Below are positions 9,408 to 18,906 of a stretch of 62,206 bases of DNA, piece after piece; the stretch's first letter is position 1; every line of letters begins with the position of its first letter. The stretch comes from a virus (lineage: Duplodnaviria; Caudoviricetes). The notes beneath the pieces are model-generated. The model saw only the letters and a program-made list of their open reading frames with translations. It searched no databases and was not told the origin of the DNA. The DNA is taken from positions 1-62,206 of IMG/VR virus record IMGVR_UViG_3300013094_000050; one strand, written 5' to 3'. The position numbers and the translations under genes were made by a program.

Positions 9408-9435
9408 ATTGTAGTTATACAATATGAAATTTTTC

Positions 9436-10224
9436 TTAGCCAGTTATCAAATAATAACCAGTGCCGCCTGCGGTATTATCCATTATTTCTTTATCTAACT
9501 TTTCAATTTCTTCTTTTGCTTCGGATAACAATGCTGTACCATTCAATGTTATAGGAGACCCAGGTCCTGCAATTGATCCAAATTTACTACGTGCTTGCCC
9601 TAACATTTGTTTTGCTACTGCCAGTGTATAATCTCTTAACCATTGTTTAGCATATATGTCTTGCAACAGCACCCAATCAGGACGGAAATTGTAACTTTGC
9701 ACAAGAATTTGTTCGCCTTGAGCAAACGGACGTTGCAAGATATTCAAAATATGAGTAGTAGGTTTCCATAAAAATTCAATATAACTACCGAACATACGTC
9801 CAACTAATTTTTGATAACCAGCAAATGCATCATAGGTTGCTAATCCACCCATCATACTACCTGACATCAAATAAGTGTTAGTATATGCTAAGTTAAATGG
9901 TTCAAATAAAGTGCCGCCAGCGCCTATTCCGCTTCTTGAACCGATAGCTCTACGAAATACTTGTCGAACTGAAATAACTTCATCGGGCAATCTGTATTCG
10001 TTTTGATCTTGAATTAATTCTAAAAATAAGTAACTTTCTTCGACTGCATTGCTACTACGCTGACGATATTTTGTAAGAGCACGATCCAATGCAACTTCAT
10101 AGTGTTTAGGATCAAGCTCAACGTCTACCATGCCATCTGCAAGCATAGTTTTTACATAGTCAAACACAGCATTACGCTCTATAGTTGCGTTTGACTGGGT
10201 TGTTGCTGGTTGTGAATCGGCCAT
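9436..10224 (-). CDS. gp13: Neck protein (gp13-like)
   Basis: LADGMVDVEL, WLRDYTLAVAK.MLG.ARSKF, TLNG..L..EA motifs. Confidence 0.82.
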   Translation of the reverse strand: MADSQPATTQSNATIERNAVFDYVKTMLADGMVDVELDPKHYEVALDRALTKYRQRSSNAVEESYLFLELIQDQNEYRLPDEVISVRQVFRRAIGSRSGIGAGGTLFEPFNLAYTNTYLMSGSMMGGLATYDAFAGYQKLVGRMFGSYIEFLWKPTTHILNILQRPFAQGEQILVQSYNFRPDWVLLQDIYAKQWLRDYTLAVAKQMLGQARSKFGSIAGPGSPITLNGTALLSEAKEEIEKLDKEIMDNTAGGTGYYLITG

Positions 10225-10242
10225 ATTTTTACTCTCTTACTA

Positions 10243-10262
10243 TATTTAGCTAACGATAAATA
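10243..10262. promoter_or_regulatory. Back-to-back late promoters (GCTAAATA on minus, GATAAATA on plus)
   Basis: TATTTAGC-TAAC-GATAAATA within a 45-bp divergent gap. Confidence 0.7.
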
Positions 10263-10269
10263 TGTTACT

Positions 10270-11748
10270 ATGCCAAGATTAAGTCTCTATAAACCAGAAA
10301 AAGGTAACGATTACAAGTTTGTTGATCGCCAAGCATCTGAAATGTTCACTGTGGGCGGTACGGACGTTTATATCCATAAATTGTTGGGTGCAAATACCAG
10401 CTCTGAAAACGCCACCGCAGATCAACCTTCTTATGCTAGCACACAGCTAACAAATATTCAAGATTTACTATTTTTAGAAAATCGTGATAGAAAATATGAC
10501 CAGGAAATATATAGAATTCGTGGCATTTATAATGTACAAAACATCGATTTTAATTTAAGTCAATTTGGTTTATTCATTGACAACGACACATTATACATGA
10601 CTGTACATATTAACGATATTATACAAATTCTAGGTCGTAAACCTATTAGCGGCGATGTACTAGAATTGCCACATTTAAGAGACGATTACGCCTTAAATGA
10701 TTTTGATATTGGACTGCCTAGATACTATGTAATTGAAGATGTAGGTCGTGCTAGCGAAGGTTTTAGTCAAACTTGGTTCCCGCATTTGTACAGGTTAAAA
10801 CTTAAACGTGTAAATGATTCACAACAATTTGCAGATATTTTTAATCAGCCAGCAACTGATGCAAATGGCGATCCGACTAATAATACATTACGTGATTTAT
10901 TAAGTACTTACAATCAAGAATTAACAATAAATGATCAAGTTATAGCACAAGCTGAAGCAGATGCTCCTAAGAGCGGATATGAAACTAGACAATTTTATAC
11001 ATTGGCAGTTGATCCTACAAATGGTAAACCTGTACTGCAAACTGCCGATGAAACTTCTGTTAATGCGAGTAACGTAGGACAGTTGGCTAGTGGAACATAC
11101 GGTATACCATTACGAACAGGCTACACTGGATACTTAGTAGGTGATGGTTATCCAGCTAACGGATATTCATTTGGGTTCGGTGTATTATTTCCAGAAAGTC
11201 CAGAAGACAATGATTTTTATCTGCGTGTTGATTTTTTTCCAAACCGATTATTTAGATTTAGTTCAGTACAAAATGGATGGATTGCTGTAGAAGATGCAGT
11301 TAGAATGACTATGACTCAAACTGATACTCGTAGAACATTGAAGACCGGATTTATTAATAATGACTATTATACGTACACTGATGCGCAAGTTTCAGATTAT
11401 ATAAACTTAACTGTAGGTCAATATGTTATTAACACATCGATGCCATTTGCTGGAAATAGTACGGCACCTTATATTGTATTAAAATATGAAACAGCTATAC
11501 CTGGAGTTACATTATTACAGTATGCTCAAAGCGATTACCCTGCTATAATAAGTTCATATGTTGAAACTATAACAAGTAACACCGGTGTAGTTACTACTCA
11601 AAATTCTATAAGGATTACATTACCAGTCGTCGATGGTGTACAACAGACTATCACGTTTGCCGGGCAATGGAATATTACTTTATATAATTCACAAGAAGCA
11701 CAAAAACAAAGCCTTAGCAAGGCACTTAGACCAAAGGCGGATTTATAA
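10270..11748 (+). CDS. gp14: Neck/head-closure protein (gp14-like) with a C-terminal extension
   Basis: GGTDVYIHK, IQDLLFLENRDRKY, LSQFGLF, GDVLELPH motifs; flanked by gp13- and gp15-like genes. Confidence 0.7.
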   Translation: MPRLSLYKPEKGNDYKFVDRQASEMFTVGGTDVYIHKLLGANTSSENATADQPSYASTQLTNIQDLLFLENRDRKYDQEIYRIRGIYNVQNIDFNLSQFGLFIDNDTLYMTVHINDIIQILGRKPISGDVLELPHLRDDYALNDFDIGLPRYYVIEDVGRASEGFSQTWFPHLYRLKLKRVNDSQQFADIFNQPATDANGDPTNNTLRDLLSTYNQELTINDQVIAQAEADAPKSGYETRQFYTLAVDPTNGKPVLQTADETSVNASNVGQLASGTYGIPLRTGYTGYLVGDGYPANGYSFGFGVLFPESPEDNDFYLRVDFFPNRLFRFSSVQNGWIAVEDAVRMTMTQTDTRRTLKTGFINNDYYTYTDAQVSDYINLTVGQYVINTSMPFAGNSTAPYIVLKYETAIPGVTLLQYAQSDYPAIISSYVETITSNTGVVTTQNSIRITLPVVDGVQQTITFAGQWNITLYNSQEAQKQSLSKALRPKADL

Positions 11749-13247
11749 TGGAATGGTTCTATGACGGTCAAGTAAGACGATATATCACACAAACAGTCCG
11801 AGCTATGAGCAACTTTGTTGTTAAGTATGGTGACGGAACTTTACACAGAGTACCTGTTATGTATGGCGATGCTGATAGACAAGTCGCAAGTATTATTCGT
11901 AATAATAGCGAAAATAAAGTTAATAGTGTTCCTCGAATTAGTGTTTATGTTAGCTCATTAGCATTGGATAGAGATCGTACAAGCGATCAAACTTTTGTAG
12001 GTAAAGTTAATATAAGAGAACGCGGAACGTATTTTGATCCTTCAACAGGAGTCGAATCGTACAACCAAATGCAAGGTAAAAACTATACTGTAGAAAGATT
12101 AATGCCAACACCATTTAGTCTAAAAATGAAAATAGACATATGGAGTGCTAACACTGATCAAAAATTACAAATTTTAGAACAAATTTTAGTGTTGTTTAAC
12201 CCTAGTTTAGAATTACAAACTACTGATAACTATATTGATTGGACTAGTCTAAGTGTATTAAATTTAGAAGATATTACATGGGATGGCAAACAAGTGCCAG
12301 TAGGTAATGACACACCTATAAGCATTGCAACATTAACTGTGCAAGCTCCTATATGGATCAGTCCTCCAGTTAAAGTAAAACATCTTGGAGTTATTACAAA
12401 AATTATTACAAGTATGTATGCTAATTCATCATCTAATGGCACTTACATAGAAGGGCTAGGATCGGCGGCAGATCCAATGGCTGCAACTACTACTTTAACT
12501 GATTTGCTAAGTCAGACAGTTACTACTATTAGCGGGTATCAAATACAAGTTTATAACGGGCAAGCAAGATTATTAGGACCGAATGAAAGTGTAGTTCCAG
12601 TAGAACCTACTTTAGATATTACAGTTAAACAAGGTCCCGGAATTAGCTGGTTAGACTTGTTCGAACAATACCCAGGTGAATATGTTGCAGGTTCTAGTCA
12701 AATATATCTAATACAACCTAATGGTAGCTATGTTGTCGGAACTATTGCACTTAATCCGTTAGATTATACAATATTACAAGTTAATTGGAATAAAGATACG
12801 TTAACTTCTAATACGGGGATCGATAGTCAAGGTAGCATCGAGTATAAGGACACAAGTTATATGACTAATCCAACTCAGTATCGATCAAATAGTCCAGGAA
12901 CATTTGATGCTATTATTAATCCATTAACATATAATCCTTATCGTCCTACTGGCAACGAGATTACAGATCAAACAATAATAGTGGGATTAAGATTTTTAAT
13001 AATAGAAGATATAGGAACAGAAGGTATCACAACACCTGTATGGGGATCATTAGTTGCGGTTGCTAATGACATTATAGAATGGACTGGAACACAATGGAAT
13101 GTAGTGTTTAATTCTATTCAAGAAACAACTACGATGGTGTGGCAAACTAATATATACACTGGAGTTCAATACTTGTGGAACGGAGTTTCCTGGGTTAAGA
13201 GCTTTGAAGGTGAATATTCAGCCGCACAATGGAAAATAATACTGTAA
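11748..13247 (+). CDS. gp15: Tail sheath stabilizer/terminator (gp15-like) with a C-terminal extension
   Basis: FYDGQVRRY, VPVMYG, PRIS, MPTPF, QILEQILVLFNP motifs. Confidence 0.82.
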   Translation: MEWFYDGQVRRYITQTVRAMSNFVVKYGDGTLHRVPVMYGDADRQVASIIRNNSENKVNSVPRISVYVSSLALDRDRTSDQTFVGKVNIRERGTYFDPSTGVESYNQMQGKNYTVERLMPTPFSLKMKIDIWSANTDQKLQILEQILVLFNPSLELQTTDNYIDWTSLSVLNLEDITWDGKQVPVGNDTPISIATLTVQAPIWISPPVKVKHLGVITKIITSMYANSSSNGTYIEGLGSAADPMAATTTLTDLLSQTVTTISGYQIQVYNGQARLLGPNESVVPVEPTLDITVKQGPGISWLDLFEQYPGEYVAGSSQIYLIQPNGSYVVGTIALNPLDYTILQVNWNKDTLTSNTGIDSQGSIEYKDTSYMTNPTQYRSNSPGTFDAIINPLTYNPYRPTGNEITDQTIIVGLRFLIIEDIGTEGITTPVWGSLVAVANDIIEWTGTQWNVVFNSIQETTTMVWQTNIYTGVQYLWNGVSWVKSFEGEYSAAQWKIIL

Positions 13248-13678
13248 AAGAACAAATTGTTTGTAGTGGAGCATTATTTTATGCAAAATCTACACGACGT
13301 TTTTTATTATTACAAAAGGCGCACGGCAAACATGAAGGAACTTGGGGGCTAGTAGGCGGAACTACTATTTCTGGAGAAACTCCTTGGCAGGGATTACAGC
13401 GTGAAATTACCGAAGAGATCGGTAGCGTTCCTGATATAATTAAAACAATTCCATTAGAAACATTTGTCAGCAATGACAAAGTATTTAATTTTCACACATA
13501 CTTATGTGTAATCGATAAAGAATTTGTTCCAGAATTAAGTAACGAACATCAAGGTTGGGCGTGGGCAACTATCGATCGTGCTCCTAAACCTTTGCACCAA
13601 GGATTACGTAATAGTTTTGGTAGTAAGACAATACGTAATAAACTTCAAACAGTATTCGATCTAGTAGATCTTATTTGA
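13229..13678 (+). CDS. NUDIX hydrolase
   Basis: WGLVGG....GETPWQGLQREITEEIG Nudix box. Confidence 0.9.
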   Translation: MENNTVKEQIVCSGALFYAKSTRRFLLLQKAHGKHEGTWGLVGGTTISGETPWQGLQREITEEIGSVPDIIKTIPLETFVSNDKVFNFHTYLCVIDKEFVPELSNEHQGWAWATIDRAPKPLHQGLRNSFGSKTIRNKLQTVFDLVDLI

Positions 13679-13711
13679 TATCACAAATACTCGGTGTTCA
13701 CATAATATATT

Positions 13712-13719
13712 GATAAGTA
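13712..13719 (+). promoter_or_regulatory. Late-promoter variant GATAAGTA upstream of the plus-strand accessory genes
   Basis: Same TAAGTA variant as at 1639; about 20 nt before the ATG. Confidence 0.4.
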
Positions 13720-13738
13720 TTGTCAAGGATGGATAACC

Positions 13739-14458
13739 ATGATGTTTTTTAATAAACAAATCAATTTAACGGCATACACATCAGACCCAAGTTATTATGC
13801 TTCTTGTAAACCTGTATATAAATCAAATGTAAAACCTGATTGGATTACTAGAGTAGGTGCATATATAAAAACATGGGATGATAGATCCGGTTTATATAAT
13901 AAAGCAGGAACAGTGGCAACTTGTCCAGGAATTAAAGATTTTTTATCAAAACCTATACAAATTCCAATGTGGGGAGATATAGATATTCGAATTAATCCCG
14001 ACGGAACGTGGACTAGTAATGGAAGGCCAGATTATGATTTACATATAGGACAGCATTACCCTGCACAATACGGAGATGCATATAAAGATAGAGTTGCATT
14101 AAAACTATCATCTCCTTGGCAATTTGTAAGTGAGAGTAAAATAAATTACTTGTTTACGGAATCTCATTATAGTACTTCATATTTTAGAGAATTAGGAATA
14201 TTATTTCCTCCTGGAGTTATTAATTTTAAGTATCAGCACTCTACTAATATTCATTTTAATTGTCCGATCAGATCAGAACCATATGTTATTAGTTTGAAAC
14301 ATGGTATGCCGTTAGTATCTATATTTCCGATGACTGAACGCTCGATCAATTTTGAAGTAAAGAAAATCGGTAGAGATGAATTTAATGAAATTAATCAGCA
14401 TATGCCAAAAATGGTAGTTGGAAGATATTTTAAGCAAGAAGGTTACAAAAATGACTAA
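13739..14458 (+). CDS. Conserved phage hypothetical protein (TCPGI...IPMW...KL.SPW...PGVI type)
   Basis: Enzyme-like composition; located among oxygenase genes; function unknown. Confidence 0.7.
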   Translation: MMFFNKQINLTAYTSDPSYYASCKPVYKSNVKPDWITRVGAYIKTWDDRSGLYNKAGTVATCPGIKDFLSKPIQIPMWGDIDIRINPDGTWTSNGRPDYDLHIGQHYPAQYGDAYKDRVALKLSSPWQFVSESKINYLFTESHYSTSYFRELGILFPPGVINFKYQHSTNIHFNCPIRSEPYVISLKHGMPLVSIFPMTERSINFEVKKIGRDEFNEINQHMPKMVVGRYFKQEGYKND

Positions 14459-15173
14459 AATAGTATATTGGGCTCCTTGGGCATTTCCGGAAGTATATCC
14501 TGAACAATATCTTAGTTATGCCGATCCTGTTTTGTTGAATGAAGATTTACGACCAGATGTTAACAATGAAAATAAAACAGATAATTTTTTCATGTGTCCG
14601 GCATATGTTAATACACTTCGAAATATATTTACAATAAAAAGTCCGTCTAATTGCGATGTAGAATTTACAAATACGCATGTAGTAAATCATTTGCCAGATA
14701 CTATACCATTTAATAAAAATATGTTACAGTTAAAAATGCCTTCAGTTAAGGATTCATTCACTGTAAAATTTAGTGTAGGTTGGATATTTTTTGCGGAGGA
14801 AGAGCTCGAACTCGAGTCACTACCTCCTTATTTGCATAATACAAAACTATCTCAACAAGGTTATTATGTTCCAGGAAGTTACGATATTTCATCATGGTTT
14901 AGACCATTGGAGTATGCGTTTCAACTGCATAAAGGTACAAATCGATTTTCAGTGAGGCAGGATGATCCATTGCTATACGTGAAATTCAAAACAAAAAGTC
15001 CTATTGAACTAAAAAAATTCTATCTTACCGAAACCTTGTACAAATATTCAATGAGTTGTGTTAAATTAAAAATGTACAGAAAAGAAAAAAATCTTAAAAA
15101 TTTATACGGTATATTCCATGAAACTAAGTTTAGAGATATGGTTCTTAAAGAAATTAAAAAAAATTTAGTATAA
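14451..15173 (+). CDS. Conserved phage hypothetical protein (CPAY...PG.YDIS.WFRP type)
   Basis: ATG at 14451 overlaps the upstream stop; CP and PG motifs parallel those of the previous ORF. Confidence 0.7.
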   Translation: MTKIVYWAPWAFPEVYPEQYLSYADPVLLNEDLRPDVNNENKTDNFFMCPAYVNTLRNIFTIKSPSNCDVEFTNTHVVNHLPDTIPFNKNMLQLKMPSVKDSFTVKFSVGWIFFAEEELELESLPPYLHNTKLSQQGYYVPGSYDISSWFRPLEYAFQLHKGTNRFSVRQDDPLLYVKFKTKSPIELKKFYLTETLYKYSMSCVKLKMYRKEKNLKNLYGIFHETKFRDMVLKEIKKNLV

Positions 15174-15183
15174 GGAAAATATT

Positions 15184-15786
15184 ATGGAATTTTTTGATTT
15201 GTTTCCTACAACAATTTTTAAGGGGTATAATAAAGTTTTAGCAGAATCATTATTACCTCTTTGTAACAAATATACAAGTGAAGAGACTATAAAAAATTGC
15301 CTCGACTGTGACAATTTCCCGTCAACATTGTCTGCAGGGTATTTGGAATTTCAAGTTAATAACAACGAACCATTAGTCACAGAAGCCTTACAATATATAA
15401 GTGATCACTGCTTAAAGCCATTTTTAGCGCATCGGGGTATAGGGTTGCCAGGCCCTATTCGACCTTTTGGATTTTTTAGTTCTATGGAAAAAGGCGGATA
15501 TCTAAGAAAACATCACCACCTTGATTGTTATTTTTCTGGAATTGTATATTTAGAAGTAGGCGAAGATGTTCCTGAGCTAATTTTACATCATCCAGGCAAT
15601 CATATTAAATTTTTACACTATCCTTCGGACCACCAACACATAGATAATTATTTGAATAGGACTTGCAATGTCTTCAAAATTAAGCCTGAAACTGGTATGA
15701 TATTACTATGGGATGCGTCGATTGAGCACGAATTAAACCTTAAGACAAACGATAATCCGAGAAAAACTTTTGTATTTAATTTATGA
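15184..15786 (+). CDS. Putative 2OG-Fe(II) oxygenase (TIGR02466-like)
   Basis: LFPT start, HHH..CYFSGIVYL, P..G..LLW.ASIEH, R..FVFN. Confidence 0.82.
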   Translation: MEFFDLFPTTIFKGYNKVLAESLLPLCNKYTSEETIKNCLDCDNFPSTLSAGYLEFQVNNNEPLVTEALQYISDHCLKPFLAHRGIGLPGPIRPFGFFSSMEKGGYLRKHHHLDCYFSGIVYLEVGEDVPELILHHPGNHIKFLHYPSDHQHIDNYLNRTCNVFKIKPETGMILLWDASIEHELNLKTNDNPRKTFVFNL

Positions 15787-16406
15787 ATGATATTATTATA
15801 ATCGATGATGTAGTTGATCGACATTATCAAAATCAAATAGAACAACACACATTAGCTGATCATAATGCCACTCCTTGGTTTTTCCAATCGGATCTAACAT
15901 TTCCTGATATATATTTCGATGATTTATTACAAAAAGATCCTACATCTAAAATAGTAAAACGACCTGGTTTTAGTCATATGGTGTACGATACTAATTTACA
16001 TATAGGATCTTCATATAATTTTTATTCGCCATTGTTATATTCAGCTTGCAATGGTATTTGTAGCATTAAGAATCTTACACAAATAAGAATGTTTCTTTCA
16101 ATACCGGTACATGGGGATATTCATAAGATAGATAACCCGCATGTTGATAAATTCGAACCTCACATGGTCGGATTATACTATATAAATGATTCCGACGGGG
16201 ATACTGTTATTTTTGATAAACAATTTAACTATGGTATTGACGAGCCATGGCCATGCAAAACACCTGCAACTGAAATTCCTATTCTAAAAACAATCACTCC
16301 TAAAAAAGGAAGATTTGTATTATTCAATGGAAATAGATATCATGCAAGTTCACAGCCCTTAAAATCTCCAAGGGCTGTGATTAATTTTAATTTTCTATCT
16401 GTTTGA
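15783..16406 (+). CDS. 2OG-Fe(II) oxygenase
   Basis: PHVD, LYYINDSDGDT, PKKGR.VLFNG..YHAS, RAVINFN. Confidence 0.85.
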   Translation: MNDIIIIDDVVDRHYQNQIEQHTLADHNATPWFFQSDLTFPDIYFDDLLQKDPTSKIVKRPGFSHMVYDTNLHIGSSYNFYSPLLYSACNGICSIKNLTQIRMFLSIPVHGDIHKIDNPHVDKFEPHMVGLYYINDSDGDTVIFDKQFNYGIDEPWPCKTPATEIPILKTITPKKGRFVLFNGNRYHASSQPLKSPRAVINFNFLSV

Positions 16407-18207
16407 TATCATTATTAATTTTTGATAATAGTTTGCCATATTCAGGCAAATACAAATAATTCATCTCGCTTTTTGCAATAGTATCCGCAGCATCTTCCAA
16501 TGTTTCGACTAACGGATCTCCGCCTAAATTAAAGCTAGTATTGAATAATACAGGAACACCTGTTTTTTCATAAAATGCATTAATCAAACTATAAAAATGT
16601 TTGTTTTGTTCGTTAGTTACAGTTTGTATACGACAAGTTCCGTCTACATGTATAATGCTAGGAATTTTTTCTGCAACACCAGGTTGACAATTTACAGCGT
16701 ACATCATGTAAGGACTGTCCTTCATACCACGTAAATCAAACCATTCATGGACATATTCTTGCATTATAGTACCTGCAAATGGTCTAAAATATTCACGATG
16801 TTTTACACTATTAACAAAATCTTTACCATCTTCGTACATCGGATTAAACAAAATACTACGATTACCTAATGCTCGTGGGCCGTTTTCACTTCGTCCTTGA
16901 AACATTGTAACGATATTTTTATCTAATAATAAAGAAACAATATCTTCATATTCTACATTACTTACTGCTAAATTATATTCAGATGCAATGTCATTTATAT
17001 CATCTGTAGAATAATTATATTCGAATCCTAAATATAATCCGTCTTTCGAATAATCAATTTTTTGCTCTTTAGATACGTCCATGTATATTAACATTGCAGC
17101 ACCCATTGCTGTACCGGCGTCATTACTAATAGGTTCTACATAAATTTCGATACCTTCGTCTCTCAAATGCTCTAAATAATAATAATTAGCTACGCAATTC
17201 AATCCATAACCTCCACTAATAACTACTTTATTATGTCCGGTCATTTCTACAGCTTTGCGAATTAAAGCCAATACTTGATCTTGTGTCTGAGTTTGGACAG
17301 CATATGCTAAATCTCGTCTATTATCAAGCAATGTTATATCAGTGGCATCATGCTCGTCTAAGTATGGAAACAAAGTGCTATTAATCAATGCACCGTTTGG
17401 ATATGTAGGTATGACTATATTTCTATTAGCAACCGGAAATGCTCCATTTTTGTTGAATAGTTCTGGAAATTTATCAGTTTCTTTACCGTATGGAAATAAT
17501 CCCATAGTTTTTCCTGCTTCGATAGATGGCCACCCACAATATTGTGTAACTGCTTCATAAACTTTAACAATTCCTGCAGTTTCGGATACTACAAGGTAGT
17601 GTGAGTCAGACTCTGGTTCATTATATCTTTCACTTGGAAATTTATCTAATACAGTAACAGGAGATGGACCACTTACTGCAAGATGTTTATAAATGGTTTT
17701 GAAATTAAACGGGTAAGAGCAATCAAAAATACTTTCAGTTTCAAACGCTGTAGTTGGAGCACCACTTGCTGTATTTAATTGAACAAAAGTTCCTGCACCA
17801 TCAACTACTAATGCTGCCGCACTATCAAAACCTGATCTATAAAATGCACAAGCGGCATGTAACTTATGATGAATGTTACTTAAATCGATGACTTGAGGGT
17901 GGGGACCAGGTTCGGGTTGTCGTCTTGCAATCAACCCTAATTTTCTTGCAAGACCTGTGTATATATCTTCGTAAGTGAAGTCTATCTTGCCTGCGGTTTC
18001 TTGAAGAGATTGAGTATGTGCAATTGCAATAAAATCTAGCTTATCTGTGTATTCTTTAATTTTTAGCATTGTTGCCAATGGGCCGCCGTCATATTTTTGT
18101 CTGCTAAGACGTTCTTCTTCTATATTAAAAATTACTTTGCCATTTTTTAATAGACACACTCCGCCGTTATGTCCTCTGGTAATTCCTGCAATCCAAATAT
18201 CTTTCAT
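16387..18207 (-). CDS. O-carbamoyltransferase (NodU/CmcH/TobZ family)
   Basis: EEERLSRQK, HH.LHA, VVDGAG, GKTMGL.PYG, SGG.GLNCVAN, E.GPRALGNRS, RE.FRPFA, HVDGTCRIQTV, NTSFN..G.P. Confidence 0.95.
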   Translation of the reverse strand: MKDIWIAGITRGHNGGVCLLKNGKVIFNIEEERLSRQKYDGGPLATMLKIKEYTDKLDFIAIAHTQSLQETAGKIDFTYEDIYTGLARKLGLIARRQPEPGPHPQVIDLSNIHHKLHAACAFYRSGFDSAAALVVDGAGTFVQLNTASGAPTTAFETESIFDCSYPFNFKTIYKHLAVSGPSPVTVLDKFPSERYNEPESDSHYLVVSETAGIVKVYEAVTQYCGWPSIEAGKTMGLFPYGKETDKFPELFNKNGAFPVANRNIVIPTYPNGALINSTLFPYLDEHDATDITLLDNRRDLAYAVQTQTQDQVLALIRKAVEMTGHNKVVISGGYGLNCVANYYYLEHLRDEGIEIYVEPISNDAGTAMGAAMLIYMDVSKEQKIDYSKDGLYLGFEYNYSTDDINDIASEYNLAVSNVEYEDIVSLLLDKNIVTMFQGRSENGPRALGNRSILFNPMYEDGKDFVNSVKHREYFRPFAGTIMQEYVHEWFDLRGMKDSPYMMYAVNCQPGVAEKIPSIIHVDGTCRIQTVTNEQNKHFYSLINAFYEKTGVPVLFNTSFNLGGDPLVETLEDAADTIAKSEMNYLYLPEYGKLLSKINNDIKQIEN

Positions 18208-18216
18208 ACTGTTCCT

Positions 18217-18906
18217 TTATATTTTAGTTTTAACGTAATGTGTACTGCGTTCAATGGGCCATAACCCATTAATTGGTTTTATTTTTGCAAAAAATACTTG
18301 TGTCAATCTTGAATTTGTTGGATCTGTACCGAACATTTTACTTTCTCTATGACAATATTCTCCTGGATATACTACCAATCGATTAAAAACATTACCAACA
18401 TCTATTGTTTTATTAAATCGATTATTATGTTCATCCCTTGTTTTTCTGTAAACATCTATATCAACATCTTTATCATTATAGAAATTCATTTTTTGCTGGA
18501 GTTCAAATCCTTGAGGATGCGGTTTCAAATGTTTAATTTTTGGATCGGGATCGTTATCTTCATATATAGAAGTTCCTGCATTTGTTGGAGCTCCAGGTGT
18601 TAGATACACAACTCCGGCAAAAGAAACACCAGTATCTACATGTACCCAACCTTCTTCATATTTTTCTGGTATTAGTTGAAATTCAATAAGAAAATCTGAT
18701 TCAATCGTGTCAGTTTTGAGGTTAAAAAATAGATTCAATATTTTTTGTTCAAATGTTGAATGCATTTCTGGATTAATAGTACTTAACGGATCTGTTCTAG
18801 TTCCAGGCCATGGCATATTTTTTCTAGAAAATGTTTGTGTCAACGCATACTCTCTAACTGACATCGGATCTTCATAGAAATTATCAACAATTGTAATTGG
18901 TATCAT
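18217..18906 (-). CDS. 2OG-Fe(II) oxygenase (DUF6445-like)
   Basis: IVDNFY.DP..VR..AL, WPG.RT, WVHVD, AGVVYL.P, NVFNRLV.Y....H, RLTQVFF. Confidence 0.85.
   Translation of the reverse strand: MIPITIVDNFYEDPMSVREYALTQTFSRKNMPWPGTRTDPLSTINPEMHSTFEQKILNLFFNLKTDTIESDFLIEFQLIPEKYEEGWVHVDTGVSFAGVVYLTPGAPTNAGTSIYEDNDPDPKIKHLKPHPQGFELQQKMNFYNDKDVDIDVYRKTRDEHNNRFNKTIDVGNVFNRLVVYPGEYCHRESKMFGTDPTNSRLTQVFFAKIKPINGLWPIERSTHYVKTKI

Noticed and set aside
13721-13726. Minus-strand TTGACA as an antisense promoter
   Set aside because: No acceptable -10 box at 16-18 nt spacing
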